A stretch of 64,000 nt of DNA from the NCBI GenBank assembly GCA_023205875.1, contig CP060754.1:868001-932000 (forward strand), read 5' to 3'. Shown piece after piece: positions 43,868 through 54,490 of this stretch. The stretch's first letter is position 1. Each line of letters begins with the position of its first letter. The stretch is from Chloropicon primus (taxonomy: Eukaryota). The translations under genes and the position numbers were made by a program. The notes beneath the pieces are model-generated. The model saw nothing but the letters and a program-made list of their open reading frames with translations, made no database searches and was not told where the DNA came from.

Positions 43868-45160
43868 ATGAGGTTGGGACCGCCGAAAGCTGGGCCGCGT
43901 GACCGCCTGTGGCTGGGTCAGTCGAGGGGTTTCGGCCGACCCGAGCGGGGTGTGCGCCGGGGGGCCGATGGGTGCGCTTGCCTGCCGAGCTTCTCCTCCG
44001 ACGCGGAGACGCCGCACAGCGGCTACCACTGGGACGGCAACAGGGGGAGGTTCATGGAGGGGTGGTACTTCAAGGTGGCCACGGGGGGGGGCAGCTTCGC
44101 TTTTATGTACTCGATCGAGAACCCAAACAGCTTGGAGCCGCCCGCGGGCCTGGGAGCCCAGGTGATGGGCCCGGAGGACACCTACACCGTGCAGTACACC
44201 AGGGACACGAGGAGGTTTTGGGCCTCGAGGGACAAGCTCGAGCTGGGGGGCGCCTTCCGGCTCGCGAAGGGGGTTGCCGAGTACCCCTCCGGGATGGTGG
44301 GCGAGGGAGAGTTCGCGGGGAGAGTGGAAAGGGGCTTCCAGGTCTCGAGCACCTGGCACCAGGGCCACCTCTCCCTGGAGAGCCAGGGGGTCGGTGGGTA
44401 CATCGAGCCGGGCGTGAAGGAGTGCTCGTGGGCTTACAAGACGGCCAGGGTCCACGGCTGGGGGAACTCCGCGGGGAGGCAGATCGCGACCGCCGGTCTT
44501 TTGGCCGCCCTCCCCGTCTTCGAGCCCCACTGGCAGATACTGATGTCTTACGGCCTCTCCACCGGTTGGATCAAGTGGGGAAGCAAAACGTACGAGTTTG
44601 AGAACGCGCCTTCGTACTCGGAGAAGAACTGGGGGGAGGGCTTCCCCAAGAGGTGGTTTTGGATCCAGTGCAACACGTTCGGGGACAAGGAGTGCACGTC
44701 GCTGACCGCGGGAGGAGGCCGGAGGACGCTTCCGTTTCTGCTGGGGCAGGATGAAGACGTCGCGCTCATCGGCATCCATCACAAGGGCCGGTTCATCGAG
44801 ATCGTGCCTTGGAACGGGGAGGTGAGCTGGAATGTGTCCCCTTGGGGCAGCTGGGTGATCAAGGGAAAGACCAAGGGGTTCTCCGTGGAGCTGGAGGCGA
44901 AAACTTCGTCTCCCGGGACCGTCCTGAGAGCGCCCACGGTGGAAGGTCTCATCCCCGTGTGCAAGGACACTTTCGAGGGCTCTCTCACCATGAAGGTCTG
45001 GGAGAACGGGACTTTGATCATAGACAGGACATCGGACTCCGCGGCCTTGGAAGTCGGGGGAGGGCCGTGGTGGGACACGTGGGTTGGGGACGCAGAGATG
45101 AAGGAGCCCCTGCGCTCGCTCACCTCGGGCTTGACCGACGTGGAAGCTCCGCTGTGTTAG
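43868..45160 (+). CDS. VTE1: Tocopherol cyclase, chloroplast
   Basis: TPHSGYHWDG..RFMEGWYFKV, FAFMYSIENP, FEPHWQILM, YSEKNWG..FPKRWFWIQCN and AALEVGGGPW. Confidence 0.95.
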   Translation: MRLGPPKAGPRDRLWLGQSRGFGRPERGVRRGADGCACLPSFSSDAETPHSGYHWDGNRGRFMEGWYFKVATGGGSFAFMYSIENPNSLEPPAGLGAQVMGPEDTYTVQYTRDTRRFWASRDKLELGGAFRLAKGVAEYPSGMVGEGEFAGRVERGFQVSSTWHQGHLSLESQGVGGYIEPGVKECSWAYKTARVHGWGNSAGRQIATAGLLAALPVFEPHWQILMSYGLSTGWIKWGSKTYEFENAPSYSEKNWGEGFPKRWFWIQCNTFGDKECTSLTAGGGRRTLPFLLGQDEDVALIGIHHKGRFIEIVPWNGEVSWNVSPWGSWVIKGKTKGFSVELEAKTSSPGTVLRAPTVEGLIPVCKDTFEGSLTMKVWENGTLIIDRTSDSAALEVGGGPWWDTWVGDAEMKEPLRSLTSGLTDVEAPLC

Positions 45161-45236
45161 GAAGCTAGCCTTAAGTATATTCGTGAGTATCTTATGGCGG
45201 TGACGTTCATAAAATCTCTTGGTTATACCGGCGTCT

Positions 45237-48200
45237 TCACGCCCTTCTTTTGAAGCCCAGAATCTTCGAGATGCCTTTCTTCTTCGTGTCCCCGTTCAAC
45301 TTTTCTGGCTTTGGGTCCGCGTTCTTCGCGAGGCACCTGTTCAGGTACGCAAGCTTCTTCTTGTACCTGTCTTTCCAGTCCTCGAACCTCAGCTTGAGGT
45401 TTTTGAGCTCGTACACGCAGTCCATGTTTTCCACCTCTGTGTGCCCGGCGACGACTTCCTCTATGAAATCAGCGTCATCGTCGAAAACGCTCGCATTCCT
45501 GTTGAACTCCCTGCTGACCTTGTCAACGTGGGCCTGCTGGCGCGTTGACAGATCGTTGTTATTCTGGAGCTCATCGTCGATCATGTCTTGCATTTGCATG
45601 CACTTTTGCAGCATCGACTCTCCAGCGCTTTCGGTGAGATATTCTCTAATGGTACTAATTGTCTGCTTCATCGCTTTGAACTCCTGGGCATAAGAAGCTT
45701 CTGTCACAATGAGCTGCTCGGAGAAATCCAACTTTAGCTCCCTCTCCTGCTGCAGGGCTGCTTGGAGATTCCTGTTCTCTTCCCTGAGTCTGTTGACCTC
45801 GGCCTGCATCTCCAGCACGGCCTGGCTTTCTGGGGATGGCAGCGCAGCTTGGAGACTCCTGTTCTCTTCCCTGAGCCTGTTGACCTCGGCCTGCATCTCC
45901 AGCACGGTCTGACTTTCTGAAATCGCAGGAGGATGGTCGACCATCTTTTCCTGCGCTTGCAACGGCCTGGTTTCTCTCCCCTGGGTGGTGACGACCTCAT
46001 TCACCACCTTCTCGCGCGTCGTCCTTTCCAAGCTTTGCATCTTTTCCAACTCCATTTCCCTGTCCTTCCTCTCGATTTCAAGGCGTCGCAGCTCTACCAT
46101 CCTGCAGTGCTTCTTCCTTCCCAAGTGTGCCCTGACGTTGGCTTGGATTCTCGAAGCTGCCCGATTCTCCCTGAGCAGCACTTTGAAGGCCCTCCTCGCG
46201 ACGTAACCCCGGGCACAGGCTTGGGTGCGGATGACGTTTGACCGGAACTCAATGAACTTTCGTCTGCAAACGAGTGCTCTGAACCATGCTTGTATGGTGA
46301 CCGTGCACCTGAGATAGAGCTTTTGAAGTTCCTCCACCTTTCCTAACGCCCCGGCCCGCAAAAACAATCGCGTAGATCCAAACTGGTACTGGGACGGGTC
46401 GATGTTGAACTGCTTGAGTATGACCTTGCAGACTTCTTTGCAATCCATCGTCGACCCAACGGCGCCGCCCCCGGAACCGACCAAGAAATTGTACCTCTCG
46501 CTGAAGTCCTCGTAACTGAACTTGGTTGGGTAGCCCGATCTTGCCATCTGGACGACCTCAAACACCCCACAGCACTTCAGCTGGTGCAAGACCAGGTCAG
46601 AGTTGAAATTCGCTGACACCTGCTTGCTGTTGGGCTTGATACACCTGACGTAATGCACGTTGGTCTCGCTCAAAGATTCGATCAAGGAGGTGAGCTGCCC
46701 CTTGAATGTCGCTGCAACGGAGAGCTGCCTCACCGACGTGGATTGCCTCCTTCCGCTCTTGTTCTGCACGTGAAGGTCACGAACCCTGTCGCTTGATTGA
46801 GTGAGAGTCCAAAGCAACGAGTCCTTGTTGCTGGACACGAGATTTACCAGGTCGGGCGAAAGGGTGTCCTTGTTCTTCTCAAGGAACTGGCTGACGTCGT
46901 ACTCAACGAGGCCAGGGTAGTGCGCAATCGAGAAACGCAGTGGCTCCCTGGCATTATTGTGGAAGCAGCTGTGGCAGGCGAGCTGATCCTTGAGCTTCAG
47001 AGCAAGGGTGGAGTCCGAAGCTTGTGGGATGTTGATCTCATCCGCAATTATGCCAATGAACCCGCTTTTCTTGCCCTCAAGTAGCTCCAGGCAGTGGTCG
47101 TTTCCGCTGTATGGAATGTGCTCCCAGACCAAATTTTCCTTCTTGTACTCCCTTTGCTCCAACTCGATGAGATGCCTGTTGAAGAGCTGCTGCAGCCTCT
47201 CGTTCGCGTAGTTGATGCACAGCTGCTCAAAGGAGTTGACCTTGAAGCACTCGAAACCGTAAATGTCCAAAAGATTGATGTCACGGTACGACCTTCCCTC
47301 GACTTTCTTTTTGCCTATGAACGCGTTCATAGATTTCACAAGCCACTCGAACAACGCGGAGTAAACGTGCTTTGCGAGGGCGTCCCTCGCATTCAGAGCC
47401 TGGTTCACATCCATCGCTTTCACCATCTGCTCCTTGCCGACACGAATGACACGACCGGTCAGCACTTTCTCGAGGGAGCTCTTGTCGACGCCGAACAACT
47501 CTGCTGCCGCGGCGAGGGGCTCTGGGCCCGCGATCCTGGCTTCTTGCCCACCCTCCGTCTCTTCCTCAAAGAATTGGACGTTTCCCAAGTGAAGAATTCC
47601 GGAAAGAAGCTTGAATATCCTGTCCTGCATTCCCACGCCCAACCCAAACGTCTGGAACGCTGCCTTGAGGTCCTCGAACTCTTTCCCGTCATCCGTGCCC
47701 GAGATGTGGAAGCACTCGCTCTGGTTCAAGTAAGCGTAGTCCTCCGCACGTCCCAGCCGGTACTTGCGCCTGTCCTCCTCGCTGCAACCTTTGCACAGCT
47801 GGTAGAAAACGTGGTACGACCTCTCCTCCTTTTGCACGCTCACCACTCGGCTCTTCTCCAACAGATACGTGTAGATGTTCGCTCCCGAGATCTGGCTCGG
47901 CGAATCAAAGTAAATATTGATCAGCTTGCCAAACCTCGACGAGTTGTTGTTCCTCAACGTCTTGGCGTTTCCGAAGGCCTCGAGGATGGGGTTCGTCTGC
48001 AGGATCGCCTTGTCCACTCCCTTTCCTGTAGATCTCTTGGACTTCTGCGTCAGCTGCCTCAGGACGAACTTGGTGTTTTCAGTCTTCCCCGAACCGGACT
48101 CGCCACTGATCACGACGCTTTGGCTCTTTCCCGTCTCGAAAAGCTCGCCGTAGGAGCGCTGGGCGATCTCGAAGATGTGCGGCCCCTGGTCCGAAGGACC

Positions 48201-48731
48201 AGACTCGTAGGCCCTTGCGACCTCCTCCGTGTATATCGGAAGCTGCTTGAAGGGGTTGACAGCAACGAGCACGTTTCCGGCTCTCGTATAGATCTCGTCC
48301 CTCTCGTAACGAAGTCTGACATTGTGCAGCACTGATGGCTCGTTCAGGTACGTCAGGTTCGTGAGGTCCGACGTTCCCTCCAAGAAGCTGGGATTGCACG
48401 TATGCACAAAGCTCCTCGGCACCGTGAGCTCCCCGCCTCCGGAGTCCCTCAACCTGCAGTCGTCCGCCCCGGACTTGCTCACAAACGCGTACTGCTTCCA
48501 GTCGTCCGCCCCCTCCTCCCTGTACCACACGAGAGCATCCTTGTGCAAGTCCTCCTCGTAGTAGTTGACCTTGGCCGCGTCGCTCACTTCTTGCCCCTTT
48601 GCCCCTCTCTCTTTCTTCGACTTTTGGTTTGCACCTCGTCTCTTGCTCGTCTTCTTGCCTTTAAGCATCGTCGTATTATCGATCACCTTTACATTCTCAA
48701 TAGCAGCTAGAACTTGTGCACCATCACTCAT
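45237..48731 (-). CDS. Class VIII myosin (intronless)
   Basis: P-loop GESGSGKT, LEAFGNAKT, NSSRFGK and DIYGFE; three IQ motifs; coiled coil; class VIII tail VFDDDADFIEEV...ELKNLKLRFEDWK. Confidence 0.92.
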   Translation of the reverse strand: MSDGAQVLAAIENVKVIDNTTMLKGKKTSKRRGANQKSKKERGAKGQEVSDAAKVNYYEEDLHKDALVWYREEGADDWKQYAFVSKSGADDCRLRDSGGGELTVPRSFVHTCNPSFLEGTSDLTNLTYLNEPSVLHNVRLRYERDEIYTRAGNVLVAVNPFKQLPIYTEEVARAYESGPSDQGPHIFEIAQRSYGELFETGKSQSVVISGESGSGKTENTKFVLRQLTQKSKRSTGKGVDKAILQTNPILEAFGNAKTLRNNNSSRFGKLINIYFDSPSQISGANIYTYLLEKSRVVSVQKEERSYHVFYQLCKGCSEEDRRKYRLGRAEDYAYLNQSECFHISGTDDGKEFEDLKAAFQTFGLGVGMQDRIFKLLSGILHLGNVQFFEEETEGGQEARIAGPEPLAAAAELFGVDKSSLEKVLTGRVIRVGKEQMVKAMDVNQALNARDALAKHVYSALFEWLVKSMNAFIGKKKVEGRSYRDINLLDIYGFECFKVNSFEQLCINYANERLQQLFNRHLIELEQREYKKENLVWEHIPYSGNDHCLELLEGKKSGFIGIIADEINIPQASDSTLALKLKDQLACHSCFHNNAREPLRFSIAHYPGLVEYDVSQFLEKNKDTLSPDLVNLVSSNKDSLLWTLTQSSDRVRDLHVQNKSGRRQSTSVRQLSVAATFKGQLTSLIESLSETNVHYVRCIKPNSKQVSANFNSDLVLHQLKCCGVFEVVQMARSGYPTKFSYEDFSERYNFLVGSGGGAVGSTMDCKEVCKVILKQFNIDPSQYQFGSTRLFLRAGALGKVEELQKLYLRCTVTIQAWFRALVCRRKFIEFRSNVIRTQACARGYVARRAFKVLLRENRAASRIQANVRAHLGRKKHCRMVELRRLEIERKDREMELEKMQSLERTTREKVVNEVVTTQGRETRPLQAQEKMVDHPPAISESQTVLEMQAEVNRLREENRSLQAALPSPESQAVLEMQAEVNRLREENRNLQAALQQERELKLDFSEQLIVTEASYAQEFKAMKQTISTIREYLTESAGESMLQKCMQMQDMIDDELQNNNDLSTRQQAHVDKVSREFNRNASVFDDDADFIEEVVAGHTEVENMDCVYELKNLKLRFEDWKDRYKKKLAYLNRCLAKNADPKPEKLNGDTKKKGISKILGFKRRA
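45753..45919. repeat. 87-bp in-frame tandem duplication in the myosin coiled coil
   Basis: Two near-identical copies encoding ESQxVLEMQAEVNRLREENRxLQAAL. Confidence 0.9.
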
Positions 48732-48796
48732 GCTTGGCCTTCAAGTCCTGTCTCTCTGCCCCAACCTCAATAAATCATAAAGGTACGACCTCTACC

Positions 48797-48801
<5 letters not shown>

Positions 48802-48837
<36 letters not shown>
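48802..48837. repeat. (CT)n microsatellite
   Basis: Read directly, upstream of the myosin gene. Confidence 0.9.
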
Positions 48838-48838
<1 letters not shown>

Positions 48839-49328
48839 GCTGTTCCCCCGATTTGAAACAAGGTGACCGTTTGACGAGATCCAACGAACTTTAGCTTTAA
48901 CTTTTAGGAAAGGACGCCAGTTCCAAATTCGTGGATGGTGAGGAGGAGGGTGGATGCATATGCACGCTGCAGGTGATTTCGGATCACCATTTTCACCCGA
49001 TCCCCCTCCCAAGGTCTGATCTTGGCGGGTCCCACCTCGAGTCTGCCACCTCCCCTCTCCCCTCTCCTCCGTTCCGCCCAAGGAAGGAAGGGGGACAAAG
49101 GAGGTCCGATCTTGGGTGGATGGAAGATGCTGATGCCCGGTGCTCGTGCATACCTCCTCCCAAGATCCGATCTTGGAAACACTTTAAAGCTTGGTCCCAC
49201 CTCAATGTCCCGCTCCCTCCCAAGCCAAGGTCTCTTGAGGACATTGATGGATGGCCTGAGATTGGTACCAGTCAAGGACGGGGACAGGGCCAGGAGGATG
49301 AGGGAGGGAAGAGGGCGCTGAGGGGGAG

Positions 49329-49794
49329 ATGGGGAAAGGGTCTGTGAAGCGGAGGCTGTTCAGGGGAGGGGGACGATCCGTGGGCTCCTGTGTGGGTCGG
49401 ATACTCCTTGCCTTTGTCGTGGTGGCCGGTGTTTTTTCTCTCTCTACCTTGAACAGACTGCAAGCTCTCGATGGGACGCTGGACGGAGGAAGCACGGGCG
49501 GGCAGCCAAGCGGGTTAAGGTCGATTCACGAGTCCAACGCCTTCTCGGATGAGCTCGAGGGGTTGAGAAGCGAGGGGCGAGGGGCGGGCAACGCGGCGGA
49601 GTCGCTCGGCATCGGCGGAGGGACCCTGGCGAGGGACAGGTCGCCTGCAAGGCCTTCCGAGCTGTCGCTGGGGGGTTCCTTCCACGACCGAAGCGGTGAC
49701 GCCGTCGAGCTGATCGCGGGTGAAACTCACGAGAAGATGGAGTCGGGCCAGGACGATGACGATGTCGCGGGGGACAGGGAGGCCATCGCCATCA

Positions 49795-49825
<31 letters not shown>

Positions 49826-50519
49826 CGATGATGGTGATGGTGACGGCCAGAGCGAGGTCAAAGGAGTTGGCGGTGCCGCGAGCCCAGGTGGAAGCGAGGA
49901 GGGGGGCTGGGTTGACGAGGCGGGGGAGGGCCAAGATCCAGTGGAGGAGGTCTTCGCCGAGGAACGCACTGGGGCGGCGGCTAGTGGCGAGAAAGCGACT
50001 GCTGCGGAGCCACAAGAAGTCTTGGATAAGGCAACGGGACTCAGCCACTCCTTTCTGGAGGAGCTCGAGTCGATTGGCAGCATCGAGGAATATTTGAAAG
50101 ACACAAAGGTGGATTACGAAAAAGTCCAAAACAGTGGAGCGAAGAACCACAAAATCGAGCAGGCCTTCTCCATGGCGCACTGGAAGGAGTGGCAAAAGAC
50201 GGAGAAGGGCGTGAACGAGTACTACAAGCTCAACGTGCTCTTCGACGACAGCTCGTACGACGAGAAAGAGACCTGGAAGGAGACCAAGATTCGGATCCCG
50301 CCCCCGAGGCAATCCACTCCGAGGTCCAGGAGGCGGAGGAGGGATCCCGCTTCCCCCCGCAGCCGCTCCTCCGCCACCCCCGTCGTCGACGGGGAGCACA
50401 AAATGCTTCCCGCGACGCTGCCCTGCGACGAGAAAGTCCTGCGAGGCCTGTCCAAGAGGGAGCGGGCAAAGACCGGCTGCTTCAAGACCACGAGACGGCG
50501 AGGGGGGACCACGGCCTAA
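49329..50519 (+). CDS. Hypothetical type II membrane protein with poly-Asp tract
   Basis: N-terminal basic stretch plus hydrophobic helix ILLAFVVVAGVFSL; (GAC)n run; host-like codon usage; no family recognised. Confidence 0.65.
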
Positions 50520-50809
50520 ACTCCTGCCTTCAATGCAGGAGCAGGCACTTTGTACTTTGTAACATACACATTACCTATCAATCATCAGCCCCTCCCCGTC
50601 CCGTTCGAGGCGTACCTCGCGATCTCCTCCAGGTACCTCCTCCCCCTCCTCCCCTCTCCCCCTCTCCTCTCCCCCTCCTCCCTCCTCCCTCCTCCTCCCC
50701 CCATAATGAAGGGAGAAAAAATTGCAGGATCAATTCGTCGATCCCAGCCGCCGCGGCAGCAGAGTGAGAGAGAGAGAGAGAGAGGCAGAGAAGGAGTGGC
50801 GTGTGCACG

Positions 50810-52498
50810 ATGCCGAAGAAGAGCAAGAAGTCCAAGTCGAAGCGCGTGCCCCTTCGCAGGAAGCACAAGATCCTGAAGAAGGTGGCGGAGCATGCGAAAA
50901 AGAAAAAGAAGGAGATGAGAAAGGACAAGCTTGCTGGGAAAGTGCAGAAGAAGACCAAGGACCCCGGCATCCCGAACAACTATCCCTTCAAGGCGGAGCT
51001 GATGCGAGAGATGGAGTTCAACAGGGAGAGGGACAGGCTGAAGAAGGAGAGGAGGAAGATGGAGAACAAGTTGAGGAGGGAGGAGGACCTGCAACGCATG
51101 CAGGAGACGGCCGAGACGAGGTCCAAGGCCTTCGAGGAGGACTACCGCGCGAGCGCGGCGGCTGAGGCTTCCGGGAAGCTTTCCAACGGAGACACGGACA
51201 ACACGAAGGGTTTCTATCGCGCCTTCAACAAGGTCGTCGAGTTCGCTGACGTTCTGATTCAGGTCCTGGACGCCAGGGACCCCCTCGGTTGCAGATGCGT
51301 GGACGTGGAGAGGCTCCTGGCCAGGAAGCACCCCAACAAGAAGATGGTGCTCCTGCTGAACAAGGCCGACCTGGTCCCGCGCGAAGTTCTGCAGAAGTGG
51401 CTGAGGTACCTCCGGTCGGAGCACCCGACCTTGGCCTTCAAGTGCTCCACCCAGAAGCAAGCCAGAAACCTGTCGCAGAAGAGCAGCAACTTTGGAAACA
51501 AGGGCTCCGGCGAGAGGTTCAGCATGGGAACGGAGAGCATCGGGGCTGGGTCCCTCCTGCAGTTGCTGAAGAACTACGCGAGAAACCAGAATCTCAAGAC
51601 GGCTGTGACCGTCGGCGTCATCGGGCTGCCCAACGTGGGAAAGAGTTCCCTCATCAACAGTCTGCTTCGCTCCAAGGCGGTCGCCGTGGGCTCCACGCCT
51701 GGAGTGACCACGAACATCCAGGAAGTGAACCTGGACAAGCACGTGAAGCTCTTGGATTGCCCGGGTATCGTCTTTTCCTCCAGGACCGGCGAGGTCAGGA
51801 ACGCTCTCCTGAACGCGGTGAAGATAGAGAGGCTGGAGGACCCGAGGGAGGCCGTGTACGAGATCGTCGGGAGGGTGCCGAAGGCCCAGCTCATGAAGGC
51901 CTTGAAGATACCGGCCTTCAGCAGCCCGGACCACTTCCTGGAGATCATCGCGCAGATGAGGGGAAAGCTGCTGAAGGGAGGAATCAGCGACACCAAGGCT
52001 GCCGCGAAGCTCATCCTTCAGGACTGGAACGTGGGCAAGATTCCCTTCTTTACCTCCCCGCCGGAGAGGGCAGGGAAGGAGCACGAGGCGGTGCAGGTCG
52101 TCAACAGCTGGGGCAGTGACTTCAACGTAGACAGCATCTACAAGGACGAGGAGCTCTCGCTCATCGCACAGCTCGAGTCGATGGGAACGACCTCCTCCAC
52201 GTGGGTGGAGGCCAAGGCGAGCCCGGCCGCCACCGCCCTCCCGGCAGCCGAGGTTGCGGGCGCGGCCGAGGACGACAGCGAGTCCGGCAGCAGCGAGGGC
52301 GAGGATATGGACGAGGACGACGGCGCCCAAGACGGCTCGACCGGTCTGCACAAGCAGAACAAGATTTTGTACTCTCACGAAGGTCAGTACAACCCCAAGC
52401 TCGCCAAGTCCCTCAAGAAGAAGAAGAAGAAGGCGAAGAAGATGATGATGGAGACGGACGACTACGACTTCGAGGAGGACTGGGGCATGGACAGCTGA
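50810..52498 (+). CDS. GNL3: Nucleolar GTPase GNL3/nucleostemin (Nug1)
   Basis: KDPGIPNNYPFK; circularly permuted GTPase VLDARDPLG, NKADL, GLPNVGKSS and DCPG; DWNVGKIPFF. Confidence 0.93.
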   Translation: MPKKSKKSKSKRVPLRRKHKILKKVAEHAKKKKKEMRKDKLAGKVQKKTKDPGIPNNYPFKAELMREMEFNRERDRLKKERRKMENKLRREEDLQRMQETAETRSKAFEEDYRASAAAEASGKLSNGDTDNTKGFYRAFNKVVEFADVLIQVLDARDPLGCRCVDVERLLARKHPNKKMVLLLNKADLVPREVLQKWLRYLRSEHPTLAFKCSTQKQARNLSQKSSNFGNKGSGERFSMGTESIGAGSLLQLLKNYARNQNLKTAVTVGVIGLPNVGKSSLINSLLRSKAVAVGSTPGVTTNIQEVNLDKHVKLLDCPGIVFSSRTGEVRNALLNAVKIERLEDPREAVYEIVGRVPKAQLMKALKIPAFSSPDHFLEIIAQMRGKLLKGGISDTKAAAKLILQDWNVGKIPFFTSPPERAGKEHEAVQVVNSWGSDFNVDSIYKDEELSLIAQLESMGTTSSTWVEAKASPAATALPAAEVAGAAEDDSESGSSEGEDMDEDDGAQDGSTGLHKQNKILYSHEGQYNPKLAKSLKKKKKKAKKMMMETDDYDFEEDWGMDS

Positions 52499-52604
52499 AG
52501 TGGTGATCGGCAGACGAGCGAGTTCCGAAGGAAAAAAGAATAAAGTCTACTTGTGAAACAAAGTAAAACGATATTATTATGTCTTTGACGCCTCGTGGTC
52601 GTTC

Positions 52605-53195
52605 TTACTGGAGTCCGCCCTGGTACCCCTGCTGCTGGTAGGCTGGGATCGTCGCGGAGTCCGAGGCGCCCGCGGGGTGAACGACCTTCGGCATTCCTCC
52701 GCCCATGCCTCCGATGCCTCCCATGCCTCCGCCCATGCCTCCCATTCCAGGGTTCTCGACTTGGTACGCTCCGGAGCCACTCTCAGCGGAAACGGGCTGC
52801 TTTCCTCCAAAGTCCTGGTAGTTGTCCGGCGCGGACTCCCATTCCTTGCTAAGCTGGTAGCCGAACCAGATGGCGAGCAGCTTACCCACAATCTTCATGA
52901 TGACCAAAAAGATGAGGAAGTTCCCGGTCGAGTTGGAGAACTTGCCCGAGTAAATTGACATACGAATGATGTCCACGACGATGGACACGGGCTGCAGGAC
53001 CAAGTACAAGTTCAGGGGCTCTATTTGGTTGTTGAGGACCGCGAGGTACCCCAGAACCGCGATGAATGCGCTCACGTCCGGCTCGAACATCGAGCAAACG
53101 AGACTCACGCCCATGTGAAAGAATATGAAAACTTTGAGCTTCGCGAGGGGCGGGTCGTGAAAGAACCCCTGCACCGCGACTTGTGCCATGTCCAT
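52605..53195 (-). CDS. AGTRAP-like small multi-pass membrane protein
   Basis: LKVFIFFH, LGYLAV, SIVVDII and TGNF..K pattern parallels recalled animal AGTRAP; tail rich in YQ and GM. Confidence 0.55.
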   Translation of the reverse strand: MDMAQVAVQGFFHDPPLAKLKVFIFFHMGVSLVCSMFEPDVSAFIAVLGYLAVLNNQIEPLNLYLVLQPVSIVVDIIRMSIYSGKFSNSTGNFLIFLVIMKIVGKLLAIWFGYQLSKEWESAPDNYQDFGGKQPVSAESGSGAYQVENPGMGGMGGGMGGIGGMGGGMPKVVHPAGASDSATIPAYQQQGYQGGLQ

Positions 53196-53500
53196 GGTCG
53201 TTTGATTGAAGGTGAGATGAAGATGAAGATGAAGATGAACCAAAACCCTTTTCCTGTCCCCGAACCCACAAGAACAAGTCCGCCTGTTGTTGCTTGTTGC
53301 TTGTTGCTTGCTTGTTGTGTTGACAAACCTCTCCCTTCTGTCCCGTTTCTTGGACACCCACCCTAATTCTCATTCTTCCAAATCTAAATATCCAGGAGGG
53401 GAAAAGGAAGAGGAAGAGAAGAGAAGGGAAGAGAGACGGCCGGGTGGGACTCGAGAGGCTTTGCTTTTTGGAAGACGACACGAGACGTAAGACAGGAGAC

Positions 53501-54405
53501 ATGTTGCTGAGGAGTGCGGTTGGTATGGTGCGACAGGGGAGGGTCGAGAAGGCGGTGGAGTCCCTCGCCCTCAACAGGATTGGGGCCTTCGGAATGGCGG
53601 AGGTGCAAACGAGGTAAGGCTGCTGGGTGGGGCTTTTTTTTGGGGGGGGTTCAAAAGTGCACCGCCACGTTGATTGCGTCGCTCGCGCGCCGCGAGAGGG
53701 TTGCCTCGTTTGAATTCGTCTCGCTCTCCTCTTGCTGACTCGCAGCGGTTTCGCTCCTCGCACAGGAACATCGGAAGCTGGATTCCTGAGTTCTGGGGCA
53801 AGAAGTCCAAGTACACGGAAGGGACGGAGTTTTTGGGGACCCCTGAGAACCACTTGGAGGTGAGTGTGGGGAGAGGAGCGCGCCGCGGGCGTATCTAATC
53901 GATCCTCGTCTTCGAATTTCTTTCTCGGTGTTTCGACTAACGCACAGCATCCGCGCCCTCTGTCTCTCTGTCTCACGTCACGACTTGAATGGAGCAGCTC
54001 ATCAAGAAGCGCCCAATTTCTCCGGACGTCTTCAGCATCGACTCGGTGGGAATGCACTACAAGATGCCCGTCGCCGCGCTTTCCTCGATCACGAACCGAG
54101 TGACTGGGGTGGTCATGACCGGAGGCATGGCCGGACTCGCGGCCGTTTCCTTGGGAGGGGACGTCATCGGAACTATCGAGGCGGCAAAGGCGGCCTTTCC
54201 TTACCTGGTCCCCCCCGTGAAGCTCGCGATCACGTTTCCCATCGTCTTCCACTACATGGCTGGGGTCAGGCACCTCGTTTGGGACCACTACCCCATCGGA
54301 AACCAGACCAAAAAGAGCTTGCTGGACAAGGAGGAGGTCGAGAAGTCCTCCAACGCTCTCTTTGCGGCAGCCATAGTCGCGAGCGGCCTCGTCGCTGCGC
54401 TGTGA
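53501..54405 (+). CDS. SDH3: Succinate dehydrogenase cytochrome b subunit SDH3; exons 53501-53613, 53766-53859, 53998-54405
   Basis: KRPISPD, SSITNRVTG and FHYMAGVRHLVWD; presequence exon; intron phases are consistent. The last acceptor is a GAGCAG (NAGNAG) site. Confidence 0.88.
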
Positions 54406-54490
54406 AGGCGGTCCAAAGCTCGAAAGTGACGGCTCATCGTCCTTTTTTTTTGTATACATTAACGTTTATCTCATCGAATATTTAATCGAG

